Positions 39,989 through 50,631 of a stretch of 64,000 nt of DNA are shown piece after piece. The position numbers were made by a program, and so were the translations under genes. The stretch's first letter is position 1. Every line of letters begins with the position of its first letter. The notes beneath the pieces were generated by a model that did no database searches, was not told the DNA's origin, and saw only the letters and a program-made list of their open reading frames with translations. The stretch is from Alphaproteobacteria bacterium. Its GTDB lineage: Bacteria > Pseudomonadota > Alphaproteobacteria > UBA7887. Location of the stretch: the NCBI GenBank assembly GCA_965216755.1, contig CBDCGL010000011.1, forward strand, positions 2,080,001 to 2,144,000, read 5' to 3'.

Positions 39989-40918
39989 ATGCATATCCGC
40001 GTTCTTGGCGCGGCGGCCGGTGGGGGGTATCCGCAATGGAATTGCAATCACCCCAACAGCCGGCGCGCCCGCCAAAATGATCCGGCGTCAAAGCCGCGCA
40101 CACAGTCGTCAATCACGGTCAGTGCCGATGGCGAGAACTGGTTCTTGCTCAACGCCTCGCCGGATTTGCGCTACCAGATAAACAGTAACCCGGTGCTACA
40201 GCCGAATCGCGATCTACGACACAGTCCGATTCAAGGCGCGGTGCTGACCAATGCCGACGTTGACCACATCGCTGGCCTGTTGAATCTGCGCGAATCGCAA
40301 CCACTGTCGTTATACGGAACACCGCGGGTGCTTTCGGTTCTCAAAGCGAATTCGATTTTCAATGTGCTCAACCCGGATTTCGTGAAACGAAAGCCGCTGA
40401 ACCTGGATCAGCCTACCGAACTAGAGCTGACGGACGGAACGCCCAGTGGCTTGGTGGTTGTGCCCTTTGCCGTGCCGGGCAAAGTCGCATTGTGGCTTGA
40501 AGACGAATCGAAGGGGCCAAATTTTGGTTCCGTCGCAGAGGACACGATTGCGCTGGATGTCCGCGACGCAGCCGGACAAACCAAGCTTTTTTACATTCCT
40601 GGATGCGCGTCGATGCCGCCCGAGTTGAGCGAGCGTCTTCGCGGTGCGCCTTTGGTGTTCTTCGATGGGACACTTTGGACCGATGACGAAATGATCCGCG
40701 ACAAAGTCGGCGTCAAGACCGGCAACCGCATGGGCCACATGAGCGTTTCGGGCGAGGACGGAACGATCGCGGCGTTCGCCGACCTGGATATACGGCGAAA
40801 AGTATTTATTCATATCAACACGACCAATCCCATCCTGCTGGACGACAGTCCGGAACGGGCCGCCGTGGAGGAAGCCGGTTGGGAGGTCTCGTATGACGGC
40901 ATGGAGCTAACCGTATGA
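39989..40918 (+). CDS. pqqB: PQQ biosynthesis protein PqqB
   Basis: VLGAAAGGGYPQWNC, RTQSSI, NASPD, DVDHIAGL, RMGH, HINTTNP. Confidence 0.97.
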   Translation: MHIRVLGAAAGGGYPQWNCNHPNSRRARQNDPASKPRTQSSITVSADGENWFLLNASPDLRYQINSNPVLQPNRDLRHSPIQGAVLTNADVDHIAGLLNLRESQPLSLYGTPRVLSVLKANSIFNVLNPDFVKRKPLNLDQPTELELTDGTPSGLVVVPFAVPGKVALWLEDESKGPNFGSVAEDTIALDVRDAAGQTKLFYIPGCASMPPELSERLRGAPLVFFDGTLWTDDEMIRDKVGVKTGNRMGHMSVSGEDGTIAAFADLDIRRKVFIHINTTNPILLDDSPERAAVEEAGWEVSYDGMELTV

Positions 40919-41718
40919 GCGTCGCCCTCGCCCACGACCCGGGTGTCAAACCAACCCATTGGTACGATCTCGACACACCAAAAGAAAGCCTGTTGAGCCC
41001 TGACGAATTTTCCGACGCCATGCAACAAATCGGACGCGAGCGCTACCACAGCTTGCATCCGTTTCACAAGATGCTCCACGGCGGCGAACTCAAGATGGGG
41101 CAAATCCAAGCGTGGGCGCTAAACCGCTTTTATTATCAGGCCAGTATTCCTCGCAAGGACTTGACGTTGATGGCGCGGCTCAACAGCCCTGAACTTCGCC
41201 GGGCTTGGCGTAGCCGCGTTCTTGATCATGACGGCCACGAGGTCGAAGACGGCGGCATCGCCCGATATCTCCAATTGACGGATACCCTCGGGCTGGATCG
41301 CGACTATGTGACCTCGACCACGGGATTGCTGCCGGGAACACGATTTGCCGTCGATGCCTATGTATATTTCGTCGCGGAACGCTCTGAGCTTGAAATGATC
41401 GCTTCGTCGCTGACAGAACTGTTTGCGCCCGCGATCCATCGCGAACGTATTGCTGGATTGTCGAAGCACTATGACTGGGCCAATGAGTATGCATTGGCAT
41501 ATTTCAAGAAACGCCTGGGCGAGGCCCCGAAAGATGCGGAATTCGGGCGAGATTACGTGATACGCAACGCCCATACGCGCGAGCTGCAAGAGGCTGTGCT
41601 TAATGCGTTGCGGTTCAAGACCGATGTGCTATGGGCACAGTTGGACGCGTTGTATTTCGCGTATGTGGATCCCGGCATCATTCCACCGGGCGCGTTTGTG
41701 CCCAACGCGGCGGGATAA
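40915..41718 (+). CDS. pqqC: Pyrroloquinoline-quinone synthase PqqC
   Basis: YHSLHPFH, WALNRFYYQ, LDHDG, FAVDAY, SSLTELFAP, LWAQLDAL. Confidence 0.97.
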   Translation: MSVALAHDPGVKPTHWYDLDTPKESLLSPDEFSDAMQQIGRERYHSLHPFHKMLHGGELKMGQIQAWALNRFYYQASIPRKDLTLMARLNSPELRRAWRSRVLDHDGHEVEDGGIARYLQLTDTLGLDRDYVTSTTGLLPGTRFAVDAYVYFVAERSELEMIASSLTELFAPAIHRERIAGLSKHYDWANEYALAYFKKRLGEAPKDAEFGRDYVIRNAHTRELQEAVLNALRFKTDVLWAQLDALYFAYVDPGIIPPGAFVPNAAG

Positions 41719-41723
41719 CGATC

Positions 41724-42011
41724 ATGGCCGAGCGCCACGTCATAACCGACGACAGCACGCCCAAACTGCCACGGCATGCCAAATTGCGGTTCGATAAACC
41801 ACGCGACAAGTGGGTCATCCTGGCACCGGAACGAGTCTTTGAGCTCGACAACATCGCCTATCAAATTGTCAGCCTATGCAACGGTGAAAATACGTTGATC
41901 CAGGTCGTCGATCATCTGGCCGGCAAGTTCCAGGCCCCGCGCGATGTCATATCCAAGGATGTCGTTGATATGCTGCAAGACCTGGCGGACAAAGGCTTCT
42001 TGGTAACATGA
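41724..42011 (+). CDS. pqqD: PqqA peptide chaperone PqqD
   Basis: PKLPRHAKLRFD..WVILAPER..DV..LQDL; between pqqC and pqqE. Confidence 0.95.
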   Translation: MAERHVITDDSTPKLPRHAKLRFDKPRDKWVILAPERVFELDNIAYQIVSLCNGENTLIQVVDHLAGKFQAPRDVISKDVVDMLQDLADKGFLVT

Positions 42012-43135
42012 CCGATGTAATCGAACAGGAATCTGGCGCCAATGGCGCCAATGGCGCAAACCCGTTGGTACCTTACGCTTTGTTGGCGGAACTTACGCAT
42101 CGCTGTCCGCTGCAATGTCCCTATTGCTCCAACCCGCTTGAGCTTGAGCGAGCCAGCAACGAGCTCGACACGGACACCTGGAAGCGGGTCATCAATGAAG
42201 CTGCCGATATGGGCATGTTGCATGTGCATTTTTCGGGCGGCGAACCAACGGTCCGCAAAGACCTTGAAGACCTGGTCGCACATTCGGCCAAGCTCGGCCT
42301 TTATACCAACTTGATCACGTCCAGCGTCCTGCTTGACGAAGCGCGGCTGTTCGGTTTGCGCGACCTTGGCTTAGACCATGTCCAAGTGAGTTTTCAGGAT
42401 ACGGACGCCGAATCCGCCAATCGCATCGCCGGCTATAAGGGGCACGAAAAGAAAGTCGAAATCGCGCGCTTGGTGCGCAAGGCGGGTCTGCCGCTTACGG
42501 TCAATGCCGTCATGCATCGGCAAAATCTTCATAACCTCAAAGAAATGATCGACCTTTCTGTCGATTTAGATGCGGAACGTTTAGAGGTTGCACAGGTTCA
42601 ATATTACGGCTGGGCTCTGAAAAACCGGGCGGCGTTCCTGCCCAGTCGCGAGCAGCTTGATGTGGCGACCGAAATCGTCGCGGAAGCGCGCGAGCGTCTA
42701 AAAGGCATATTGGTGCTCGACTATGTCGTGCCCGACTATTATGCGCGGCGCCCTAAGTCCTGCATGGGCGGCTGGGCGCGACGGTTTATCAACGTCAACC
42801 CGGTCGGTAAGGTGCTCCCGTGTCACGCGGCGGAAACGATCCCTGGGCTCACTTTTGAAACAGTGCATGACCGCAGCCTCCAATGGATTTGGGATAACTC
42901 ATCGGCTTTCTTGAAGTTTCGTGGTACCGCGTGGATGCCCGAACCGTGCCAGTCGTGCGACCGTCGCGAGATTGACTGGGGTGGTTGTCGCTGCCAGGCG
43001 TTCGCACTCACCAACAATCCCGAAGCGGTCGATCCGGCGTGTGAGTTCTCGCCTGACCGCGACGTCCTAGAAATCCCACTGAAGGAAGCTGCCGGCGCGC
43101 CGCCGGAATTCATCTATCGCAGGATTGGCGGGTAG
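42008..43135 (+). CDS. pqqE: Radical SAM/SPASM protein PqqE
   Basis: ELTHRCPLQCPYCSNP, SGGEP, QYYGWA, CMGGW, GGCRCQA. Confidence 0.97.
   Translation: MTDVIEQESGANGANGANPLVPYALLAELTHRCPLQCPYCSNPLELERASNELDTDTWKRVINEAADMGMLHVHFSGGEPTVRKDLEDLVAHSAKLGLYTNLITSSVLLDEARLFGLRDLGLDHVQVSFQDTDAESANRIAGYKGHEKKVEIARLVRKAGLPLTVNAVMHRQNLHNLKEMIDLSVDLDAERLEVAQVQYYGWALKNRAAFLPSREQLDVATEIVAEARERLKGILVLDYVVPDYYARRPKSCMGGWARRFINVNPVGKVLPCHAAETIPGLTFETVHDRSLQWIWDNSSAFLKFRGTAWMPEPCQSCDRREIDWGGCRCQAFALTNNPEAVDPACEFSPDRDVLEIPLKEAAGAPPEFIYRRIGG
42034..42060 (+). repeat. 9-bp tandem repeat x3 at the pqqE 5' end (GAN-GAN-GAN)
   Basis: TGGCGCCAA TGGCGCCAA TGGCGCAAA. Confidence 0.6.
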
Positions 43136-43152
43136 TCGGCCGGCGCACGGCC

Positions 43153-43992
43153 GTGGACTTGCAGAAACTCAACAAGGATGACGTCGCCGAAGAATGGCGC
43201 CGACGTGCGCCAGCTTGGAACCAATGGGCTGAAGTGGTCGAGCGCATGGCGGCGCGCTTCAATGCCCCCTTGATCGACGCCGCGGCGCTCGAACCGGGTC
43301 AACGGGTCTTGGATTTGGCATCCGGCGCTGGTGAGCCGGCCCTGGGTATCGCGCGGCGCATCGGCCCAAATGGCCGGATCATGGCGACTGATATGGTTTC
43401 GGAAATGCTCGCGGGCACGGCACGGCGGGCCGCAGCGGCGGGACTTGGCAACGTCGATACCGAACTCTGCGACATGGAGGCCTTGCCCTTCGACGATGCC
43501 AGCTTCGACCGTGTCACGTGTCGGTTCGGGCTGATGTTTGCAGCGGATCCAGTCGCCGCCATGCGCGAAGCGGCGCGCGTGCTCAAACCTGGCGGCCGCA
43601 CGGCGTGGATGGTGTGGGGGCCGCTGGCGGAAACAACCATCTTCGTCGTCATCAACACAGTTGTCCGCCAGGCCCTGTCATTGCCGCCGGCAGATGACTC
43701 ACCGCAATTTCGATTTGGCCCCACGGGCCTGCTCACCGAGGTCATGACCAAAGCTGGCCTCACCGACGTCATCGAACAAGATTGTGAGTTTTCGCCGCGA
43801 CCCGCCCTCGGGTCGCGATTTTGGGAACCGCAAGTTCAAATGTCGTTCGGGCATTTGCTTGGTCAGCTATCGGCGCGCCAGCGCGAGGAAATCGACGATC
43901 GCATCGAAGCGGCGTTCGCGGCCCATTTAGATGGCGAACAATACGCCCTCAAAGCCCGCGTTCACATCGGTGTCGGCGTCCGTTCTACTTAA
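43153..43992 (+). CDS. Class I SAM-dependent methyltransferase (UbiE-like)
   Basis: VLDLASGAGEP, DMEALPFDDASFDRV.CRFG, RVLKPGG. Confidence 0.9.
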   Translation: MDLQKLNKDDVAEEWRRRAPAWNQWAEVVERMAARFNAPLIDAAALEPGQRVLDLASGAGEPALGIARRIGPNGRIMATDMVSEMLAGTARRAAAAGLGNVDTELCDMEALPFDDASFDRVTCRFGLMFAADPVAAMREAARVLKPGGRTAWMVWGPLAETTIFVVINTVVRQALSLPPADDSPQFRFGPTGLLTEVMTKAGLTDVIEQDCEFSPRPALGSRFWEPQVQMSFGHLLGQLSARQREEIDDRIEAAFAAHLDGEQYALKARVHIGVGVRST

Positions 43993-44813
43993 TGATCGCT
44001 ATCATCGACACATTCTAATTCGTTGATTTCTATTTGTTTATCTTCATTCTGCGCGGCCGCGCGTGCGCGCGCCATCTTGCTTGCCGCAAATAGGGTGAAC
44101 GGGATCGAGCAAAAATAGGCGACCCCGATCACAAACAGCGTCCACCAGGTGTAGCTGACTAGAGACGCCGCCAGGACCGCAACCACAAACAATGCAGGCA
44201 GCGCGTATTCCGGTTTGATTTTGAAATACTTGAACGACAAAGTTGGCACACGGCTGATCATCAGCAGGGCGATGGCCAACATGTGGGCGCCCACCAACGC
44301 GGGGCCGGCGGCCCAACCCGGACCAATCTCAAACGACAGCAGCATCGGCAACATAGCCAGCCCACAAGCGGCCGGGGCTGGAACACCGGTGAAATAACGA
44401 TGCATGGGCACAGGGTCAGCCGCATGCAGGTCGGTGTTAAAGCGCGCCAGACGTAGCGCGCAGCAGGCGACGAACAACAATGTCACAACCCAACCGATGC
44501 CGCCCAAGGTCTGCAAAGACCAAAGGTAGAGCGTGAGCGCCGGCGCGGCGCCGAAATTGACGATATCCGCCAGTGAATCAAGCTCGGCCCCGAAATCGCT
44601 GCTCGACCGCAGCAGCCGCGCCATGCGCCCATCCAAGCCATCGAAGACCATCGCCAGAAGAAGACATATGACCGCCATTTCAAAGCGCTCGAGCAGCGCG
44701 AAACGCACCGCCGAAAGCCCCGCACACAGGCCGAGAACAGTCAGGATATTCGGCAGCAAGCTGGCGATGGGCACGGCGCGGATTCGACGATGGTGCCGCC
44801 TTTGTATCATCAT
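43989..44813 (-). CDS. pssA: CDP-diacylglycerol--serine O-phosphatidyltransferase
   Basis: [41 protein letters not shown]; coupled to psd. Confidence 0.93.
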   Translation of the reverse strand: MMIQRRHHRRIRAVPIASLLPNILTVLGLCAGLSAVRFALLERFEMAVICLLLAMVFDGLDGRMARLLRSSSDFGAELDSLADIVNFGAAPALTLYLWSLQTLGGIGWVVTLLFVACCALRLARFNTDLHAADPVPMHRYFTGVPAPAACGLAMLPMLLSFEIGPGWAAGPALVGAHMLAIALLMISRVPTLSFKYFKIKPEYALPALFVVAVLAASLVSYTWWTLFVIGVAYFCSIPFTLFAASKMARARAAAQNEDKQIEINELECVDDSDH

Positions 44814-45493
44814 GGCTTCCCCCCTTCGGCCACGGTCTCGGCGATAACCGTTTCGCCAGCCAACATTTTTTCGCCGCCTTGAACAACCGCATGCAGCCCG
44901 GCATCCAGATAAATGTCGACACGACTGCCGAACCGTATGAGTCCGAAACGTTCGCCGATGCTCACACGATCGCCCTCGGACAACGTGCACAAGATGCGGC
45001 GCGCGACAAGCCCGGCGATCTGGACAAAGGCGATCTCATGCCCCCCATCAGTGCGCATACGCACCGCTTGGCGCTCATTGTCCTCGCTGGCCTTATCAAA
45101 TGAAGCATTGATGAACCGGCCGGCTCGATAGGCCAGCTTCGTTATCACCCCAGTCGCGGGCACACGATTTACGTGAACGTTGAACACATTCATGAATATA
45201 GAGACCCGGTCGCGGGGCGCCGAGCCCATGCCCAATTCCTTGGGCGGAGGCGCGGACACAACGCCCAACACGACACCGTCAGCCGGGCTTACCAAAATGC
45301 CATCGCGCTCTGGTGTACGGCGCTCCGGGTCGCGAAAAAAATAGACACACCACGCCGTTAGTACAACGCCGAGCCAGCCGAGCGGTGCGGCGATCCACCA
45401 CAAAACCACAGTCACGGCCGCAAAAAGGGCAATGAATCGCCAACCTTCCGGATGAATGCGCACAGTCCCCCCCCCTCGCATGTTAATGGGCAC
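44810..45493 (-). CDS. psd: Phosphatidylserine decarboxylase
   Basis: [41 protein letters not shown]. Start uncertain. Confidence 0.95.
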   Translation of the reverse strand: MPINMRGGGTVRIHPEGWRFIALFAAVTVVLWWIAAPLGWLGVVLTAWCVYFFRDPERRTPERDGILVSPADGVVLGVVSAPPPKELGMGSAPRDRVSIFMNVFNVHVNRVPATGVITKLAYRAGRFINASFDKASEDNERQAVRMRTDGGHEIAFVQIAGLVARRILCTLSEGDRVSIGERFGLIRFGSRVDIYLDAGLHAVVQGGEKMLAGETVIAETVAEGGKP

Positions 45494-45516
45494 GATGCGC
45501 CGGGCGGACGTTCAAA

Positions 45517-47385
45517 TCAAGAGGCGGCCTCCACTGCCATGCCCTCCGATTCCTGTTGCCGCCGCCACATCTCCGCATAGATCCCCTCTGCAGCCAACAG
45601 CTCTTCATGCCGGCCACGTTCCGCGACACGTCCCCGATCAAGCACCAAGATCTGATCGGCGTCGACCACGGTCGACAGACGATGGGCGATAATCAACGTC
45701 GTATGGTCGCGCGACAGCTCACGTAGGCTGGCTTGAATATCTCTTTCTATGCGCGTATCCAGCGCCGACGTCGCTTCATCGAAAACGAAAATCGGCGGCG
45801 CCTTCAGCAACATGCGCGCGATGGCCACGCGTTGCTTTTCGCCGCCTGAAATCTTGAGCCCGCGCTCGCCGACCGAGGTGTCGTAACCCTCCGGGAGTTC
45901 CGCCACAAAGTCGTGGATCTTTGCCAAGGTCGCGACGCGAATAACCTCTTCGTCGGTCGAACCGGGCCGTCCATAGTCGATATTGTACCGGATCGTGTCA
46001 TTAAACAGTACGGTATCCTGGGGCACGATGCCGATCGCCGCGCGCAAGGAATCTTGGGTGACATCGCGGATGTCTTGACCATCAATGCGGATCGCCCCAC
46101 CCGATACGTCGTAGAACCGGAACAGCAGTCGCGCCAGCGTCGATTTGCCGGCACCACTGGCGCCGACGACCGCAAGTGTTTTCCCGGCCGGAATCGTGAA
46201 GGTCAGATCGTGCAGCACTTCCCGTTCAGATTGATACGTAAAATCAACGTGGTCGAAGCAAACCTCGCCGCCCGATACGGCCAAAGGCCGCGACCCCGGG
46301 CGATCAACAACTTCCTGGTAAACATGCAGCAGTTGGAACATTCGCTCCATATCGACTAGAGATTGCTTAATTTCGCGATAGACAAAGCCCAGGAAATTGA
46401 GCGGTTGGTAAAGCTGCAACATGAACGCATTGACCAAGACCAAATCACCCAGAGTGAGCCGCTTTTCGACGATACCGGTGCCGACGATATACATCACGCC
46501 GACGACCCCGGCCGCGACAATGAAGCCCTGACCAATGTTAAGCAGCGACAATGTCACTTTCGATTTGACGGCCGCGCCCTCGTAGCGCCTTAAAGCACGA
46601 TCGAAACGCCGGCCTTCATGTTCTTCATTATTAAAATATTTTACTGTTTCATAGTTCAGCAAACTATCGATCGCCCGGGTGTGCGCCCGCTCGTCGCTTT
46701 GGTTCATCTGTCGGCGGAATTTGATCCGCCATTCCGTCACCGTCATGGTGAAAACGATATAACCGGCGACGGCGAGAAACGTGATTATGGCGATCCCGGC
46801 TTCGTAGCGATAAAGCAGGATGCCGCACACCAAACCGATCTCAAGTAATGTCGGCAAGACATTAAAAAGCATGAAGTTAAGCAGAAATTCAATGCCCTTG
46901 GTTCCGCGCTCGATGACGCGGCTAAGGCCGCCGGTTTGGCGCTCCAAGTGATAACGCAGAGACAAGCGATGGAGATGTTGAAAGGTCTGCAGCGCAGCGC
47001 TGCGGATGGCGTGTTGACCAACGCGCGCAAACACCGCGTCGCGCAATTCACCGAAAGCCATGGCGAACACGCGCGCGGCACCATAGGCAAAAAGCAACGC
47101 CACGGGCAACGCAATGACCTGCGTGGTGCTCGGATCGAGACGATCGAAAACGGCCTTCAGCAGCAGCGGGATCTGTACGTTGGCAACTTTGGCAGCCACC
47201 AGCAACAACACCGCGACAACAACCCGCAGCTTCAGATCAACGCGTCCGTGCGGCCACAAAAAAGGCAGCAATGTTCTTAGCGTGCCCCAATGTCCCAATC
47301 CGGGTCGTGCCAGTTCACCTCTCTCGGCTGATGCTTTCGATGGCGCCGCACTATCTTTGGGCGACGCACCAAGGCTCGCGCTCAT
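45517..47385 (-). CDS. Atm1/ABCB7-type ABC transporter (fused permease/ATPase)
   Basis: LSLRYHLERQTG, DSLLNYETVKYF, PLNFLG..YREI, GASGAGKST, ISGGEKQRVAIAR, DEATSALD. Confidence 0.94.
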   Translation of the reverse strand: MSASLGASPKDSAAPSKASAERGELARPGLGHWGTLRTLLPFLWPHGRVDLKLRVVVAVLLLVAAKVANVQIPLLLKAVFDRLDPSTTQVIALPVALLFAYGAARVFAMAFGELRDAVFARVGQHAIRSAALQTFQHLHRLSLRYHLERQTGGLSRVIERGTKGIEFLLNFMLFNVLPTLLEIGLVCGILLYRYEAGIAIITFLAVAGYIVFTMTVTEWRIKFRRQMNQSDERAHTRAIDSLLNYETVKYFNNEEHEGRRFDRALRRYEGAAVKSKVTLSLLNIGQGFIVAAGVVGVMYIVGTGIVEKRLTLGDLVLVNAFMLQLYQPLNFLGFVYREIKQSLVDMERMFQLLHVYQEVVDRPGSRPLAVSGGEVCFDHVDFTYQSEREVLHDLTFTIPAGKTLAVVGASGAGKSTLARLLFRFYDVSGGAIRIDGQDIRDVTQDSLRAAIGIVPQDTVLFNDTIRYNIDYGRPGSTDEEVIRVATLAKIHDFVAELPEGYDTSVGERGLKISGGEKQRVAIARMLLKAPPIFVFDEATSALDTRIERDIQASLRELSRDHTTLIIAHRLSTVVDADQILVLDRGRVAERGRHEELLAAEGIYAEMWRRQQESEGMAVEAAS

Positions 47386-47501
47386 CCGATCTCTACCTGT
47401 GCTGTCTTGCGTCGCGCCGCCAGGGTGGCATGCGCATGACGAGCGCCCCAAAAGACCGGCGCACCGCCCTTGAAACGGCCGTGCGACCGCGCGCCGGCCA
47501 C

Positions 47502-49460
47502 CTATCCTTTCGGAATAACGAAGATCTGACCAGGATAGATCAGGTTCGGATCCACGATTTGATCCAAATTGGCATCATAAATCACCGAATAGCGGACACC
47601 ACGGCCGTACACACGCCGCGAAATTCGCCACAGGCTGTTGCCCGGTTGCACAATGACCAAGCCATCGCCAACAGCCGGGTTCTCCAAATCGGCCATAGTG
47701 AACGGCGTTTCCAGACTTGAGAGAACGCCACCGTCCTTGTCGATCTGTTCGATCTTGAGAGTATAGAGGCCGGGCACAATCGCATCACTGGGCACCAGGC
47801 GCCAGGTGCTGTCGTCAGCCACTGTCGCCGTGCCAATCAAGCGACCGTCAACATAGGCGTAAATCGTACTTCCGGGCAGGGCGCGGCCAGCAAAGTCAAT
47901 CTGCCCGACGGTATCGTAATTGATAAGATCGAGCGACAATCCCTCCTCCGCCAGAATGCCGATGTCCGGCGACGGACGCTGCAAAAGGCGAATGCGGCCC
48001 GCATCGAGTTCGCGAGGCACCAACATGGCCAAAGCCGATTCCGCTGGCCCAGCGAGCGACGCGGGACGAATGCGCTCGTCGAGACCGGGCACCATCATGA
48101 CGACCAATTCGAGCGATTCCAGAACTTGGCCACTCGCGGTTCGCGCCACAAGACCAAGCTCGCGTTCACCGGCCTGAATCGGTTCCGCCGGCGTGAACAC
48201 CCATTCTCCGCGGTTGTCGGCAACCACAGATCCGATCACCTGGTCGCGTTCCATGATCGACACTTGGGCACCAGGCTCGGCACGACCCGCGATCACGGCG
48301 GCGCCCTCTGGCGAAACGTGAACAATATCGAAAGTCGGCGCGACAGCGCCCGCCGGAACCGCAACCGGTCTTTGCCTTACAACCGGCGCCATGGTTGGCG
48401 GACCGGATTGCAGCGCGGCCGATTGCGCATCTGCCGATGGGGCTCCGCTGCGTTCGGGAAGCGCCACGTTCGCTGCCGTTGTCGATGGATCGACGGCAGC
48501 GATTTCCACCGCAGACGGTGCCGGTGCCGCGCCGGGATCTCCGGTCCGTCCGTCCTCGACCGCCGCCATCCCAGTAACATTGCTCGGCGGTGTCGCGCCG
48601 GGGCTGTCCTCCTCCACCTGCGACAACTCGCCCGGCGTCGGTGCGCCGCCGTTGGGGCGCTCTGCAACCGGATCCTGGGCCGATGCCGCCGCGGTTGTGG
48701 TCCGGCTCGCGCTATCGGCATGCCGCGGCGCGGCCGGGTCCGCTGGTCTCTTTGCGGCGGTCACCGCCTGCGATGTTGTTTCACCGATCGCCACGCTGTC
48801 CGGTGACGCTCGGCCGGATGGCATTGCATCCGGCTCATCGATCGTCGACCGGACGGGATCTGCGGCAGCCTGACTTGTCGCCGGCGAACCGGCTTCCGTC
48901 GCCGCATCTCTGTTCATTGACGCCACGACGTCCATGTCACGCATTTGTCTGCCGGATGCGGCGGCGGGACCAGGTGCCACCAAGGAGCTCTGCGAATCCG
49001 TAGGCTCTGTTTGTTGGCCTACCACGGCCTCTGGCTCCGCGATCGATGATTCGACAAGGCGATTTGCGCTCGCGTCCGCGGCCGCGGTCGTCTCCGCCGT
49101 GCCCGATTCGGCAATTTCCAACTCCGCGACGTCCGCTCCCCGGCCATCGTCCGACGGTGTCGCGACGGACTCGCGGTCCGCACGACTGTCGGCGCGGCCA
49201 TCCGCCTCGGTCTCCCGGTCTTGCTCTGCGCTTTCTTGGATTGTTTGCGGTGCCTGGTCGATTGATCCGGCCTCGACCCCAACCACGTCCTGGTCGGCCA
49301 AGCCAAGCCGCATCGCGTCGGCCGTTGACCCGTCGGCCATGGGCGCAGGCGCCGGCGCCAATGAACGCATCGACAGCCACACGCCCAGAGCGACGAGAAA
49401 CACAAAAACCGCGGCGACCGGAGCGAATTGACGTGACAAATCTGCACCCTGCTGTGACAA
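47502..49460 (-). CDS. LysM peptidoglycan-binding protein with Ig-like domains and a long low-complexity linker
   Basis: N-terminal TM; Ala/Pro/Ser-rich region; PTFDIVHV..GRAEPG; C-terminal VQPGNSLWRIS..IYDAN..PNLIYPGQ. Confidence 0.88.
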   Translation of the reverse strand: MSQQGADLSRQFAPVAAVFVFLVALGVWLSMRSLAPAPAPMADGSTADAMRLGLADQDVVGVEAGSIDQAPQTIQESAEQDRETEADGRADSRADRESVATPSDDGRGADVAELEIAESGTAETTAAADASANRLVESSIAEPEAVVGQQTEPTDSQSSLVAPGPAAASGRQMRDMDVVASMNRDAATEAGSPATSQAAADPVRSTIDEPDAMPSGRASPDSVAIGETTSQAVTAAKRPADPAAPRHADSASRTTTAAASAQDPVAERPNGGAPTPGELSQVEEDSPGATPPSNVTGMAAVEDGRTGDPGAAPAPSAVEIAAVDPSTTAANVALPERSGAPSADAQSAALQSGPPTMAPVVRQRPVAVPAGAVAPTFDIVHVSPEGAAVIAGRAEPGAQVSIMERDQVIGSVVADNRGEWVFTPAEPIQAGERELGLVARTASGQVLESLELVVMMVPGLDERIRPASLAGPAESALAMLVPRELDAGRIRLLQRPSPDIGILAEEGLSLDLINYDTVGQIDFAGRALPGSTIYAYVDGRLIGTATVADDSTWRLVPSDAIVPGLYTLKIEQIDKDGGVLSSLETPFTMADLENPAVGDGLVIVQPGNSLWRISRRVYGRGVRYSVIYDANLDQIVDPNLIYPGQIFVIPKG

Positions 49461-49627
49461 AATGACGGGCCTAACTTAATACGATTGCCCAATATTCGCA
49501 ATTGTCGCCGGTGAGGCGCCGATAATTACCGCAGTATTATTGGCCACCACCTGGTGAATGCTTTCTATTATTGGCTTGCCGGGCACTGAAGGCTGGATTG
49601 GTGCGCGTTGATTGGCTGCGGACCGTC

Positions 49628-50488
49628 CTAATAGGGTGACGCCGGCCCGGCGCTGAAAAACGCGATGGCCACGGCGGCCAGGGCCGGCAAGGCGCAAACC
49701 GCGCCGAGCACCACAGGCGCGACAAAGCCCCGCAGCCGCCCGCTTGGTAACTTCAGCCCGGCGACCACATCCATTCCAAAAAACACCAACGCCAAGACCA
49801 AAATCGCCCACAGCGAGACTTTGGTAAACAAAACGAACTGGGTTGTCAGTGCCATCAGGGCCGCTGCGCCAGCCAATATCGCGCCCTGACCAAACCGAAA
49901 TCGTGGAACCGGCCAATTCCACAGCGCAAAACCACCGGTTGCTGCGGCGAGGCCGGCCGCAAGCTGGCCGCCGGACGCGGTATGCGCTAACACCGCAATA
50001 ACAGCCAATCCCGCGGCGGCGACCAGAAGCGTGACGGCCGGGGTTAAAACATCGCCGGCCTTCATGTTGAGACGCCACAGCACGAACAGCCACCCCGCAA
50101 TGACAGCGGCGCCAGGCCAAACTAGTGGCCAAGGCGCGGACAGATTGACTTTGTTGCCAAACAACCACCAAACGGCGCCAACCACTCCGACGAATATCGC
50201 ACCGCGCGCGAAGGGTCCGGCCAACCTCGTCAGATCCATCGTCACGCCCAAGGCCATCGCGAGCACCACGATGTAAGGTATCTTTTGCGCCGCGCTGCGC
50301 GGTGGCCAGGCAAACACGCCGAAGACTGCAATGTAACATGCGAGGAATCCGAGCCCGATGGCGAGGCCGGCCAGAAGCGCGCCGCGTCCTGGGCCGCCGA
50401 TCAACCGAATCAACCCGGCGACCAAAATAGCCGCGATCAAGGGGACAACCACACTTTGGCCCAACGGATCGGTTAGGATGGCAGACAT
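49628..50488 (-). CDS. Hypothetical multi-pass membrane protein
   Basis: About 9-10 hydrophobic segments; WPP..AAQKI motif; no family recognised. Confidence 0.75.
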   Translation of the reverse strand: MSAILTDPLGQSVVVPLIAAILVAGLIRLIGGPGRGALLAGLAIGLGFLACYIAVFGVFAWPPRSAAQKIPYIVVLAMALGVTMDLTRLAGPFARGAIFVGVVGAVWWLFGNKVNLSAPWPLVWPGAAVIAGWLFVLWRLNMKAGDVLTPAVTLLVAAAGLAVIAVLAHTASGGQLAAGLAAATGGFALWNWPVPRFRFGQGAILAGAAALMALTTQFVLFTKVSLWAILVLALVFFGMDVVAGLKLPSGRLRGFVAPVVLGAVCALPALAAVAIAFFSAGPASPY

Positions 50489-50631
50489 GAGTGGCCCGAG
50501 TGTTTTCACCTTTTGTCATGGACCTTTGGCCACTGACAGCAGCGAGCATGCGCTGCGGGAACCATCGTGGCAAGACCGACCGGCAGCGACGGTCCCTTCG
50601 CTCTCGTGATCGTTATCGGAGACCATTGGTT

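Noticed and set aside
49476-50573. 365-aa Arg-rich minus-strand ORF
   Set aside because: Alternative frame over the hydrophobic membrane-protein gene, with GC-shadow composition.
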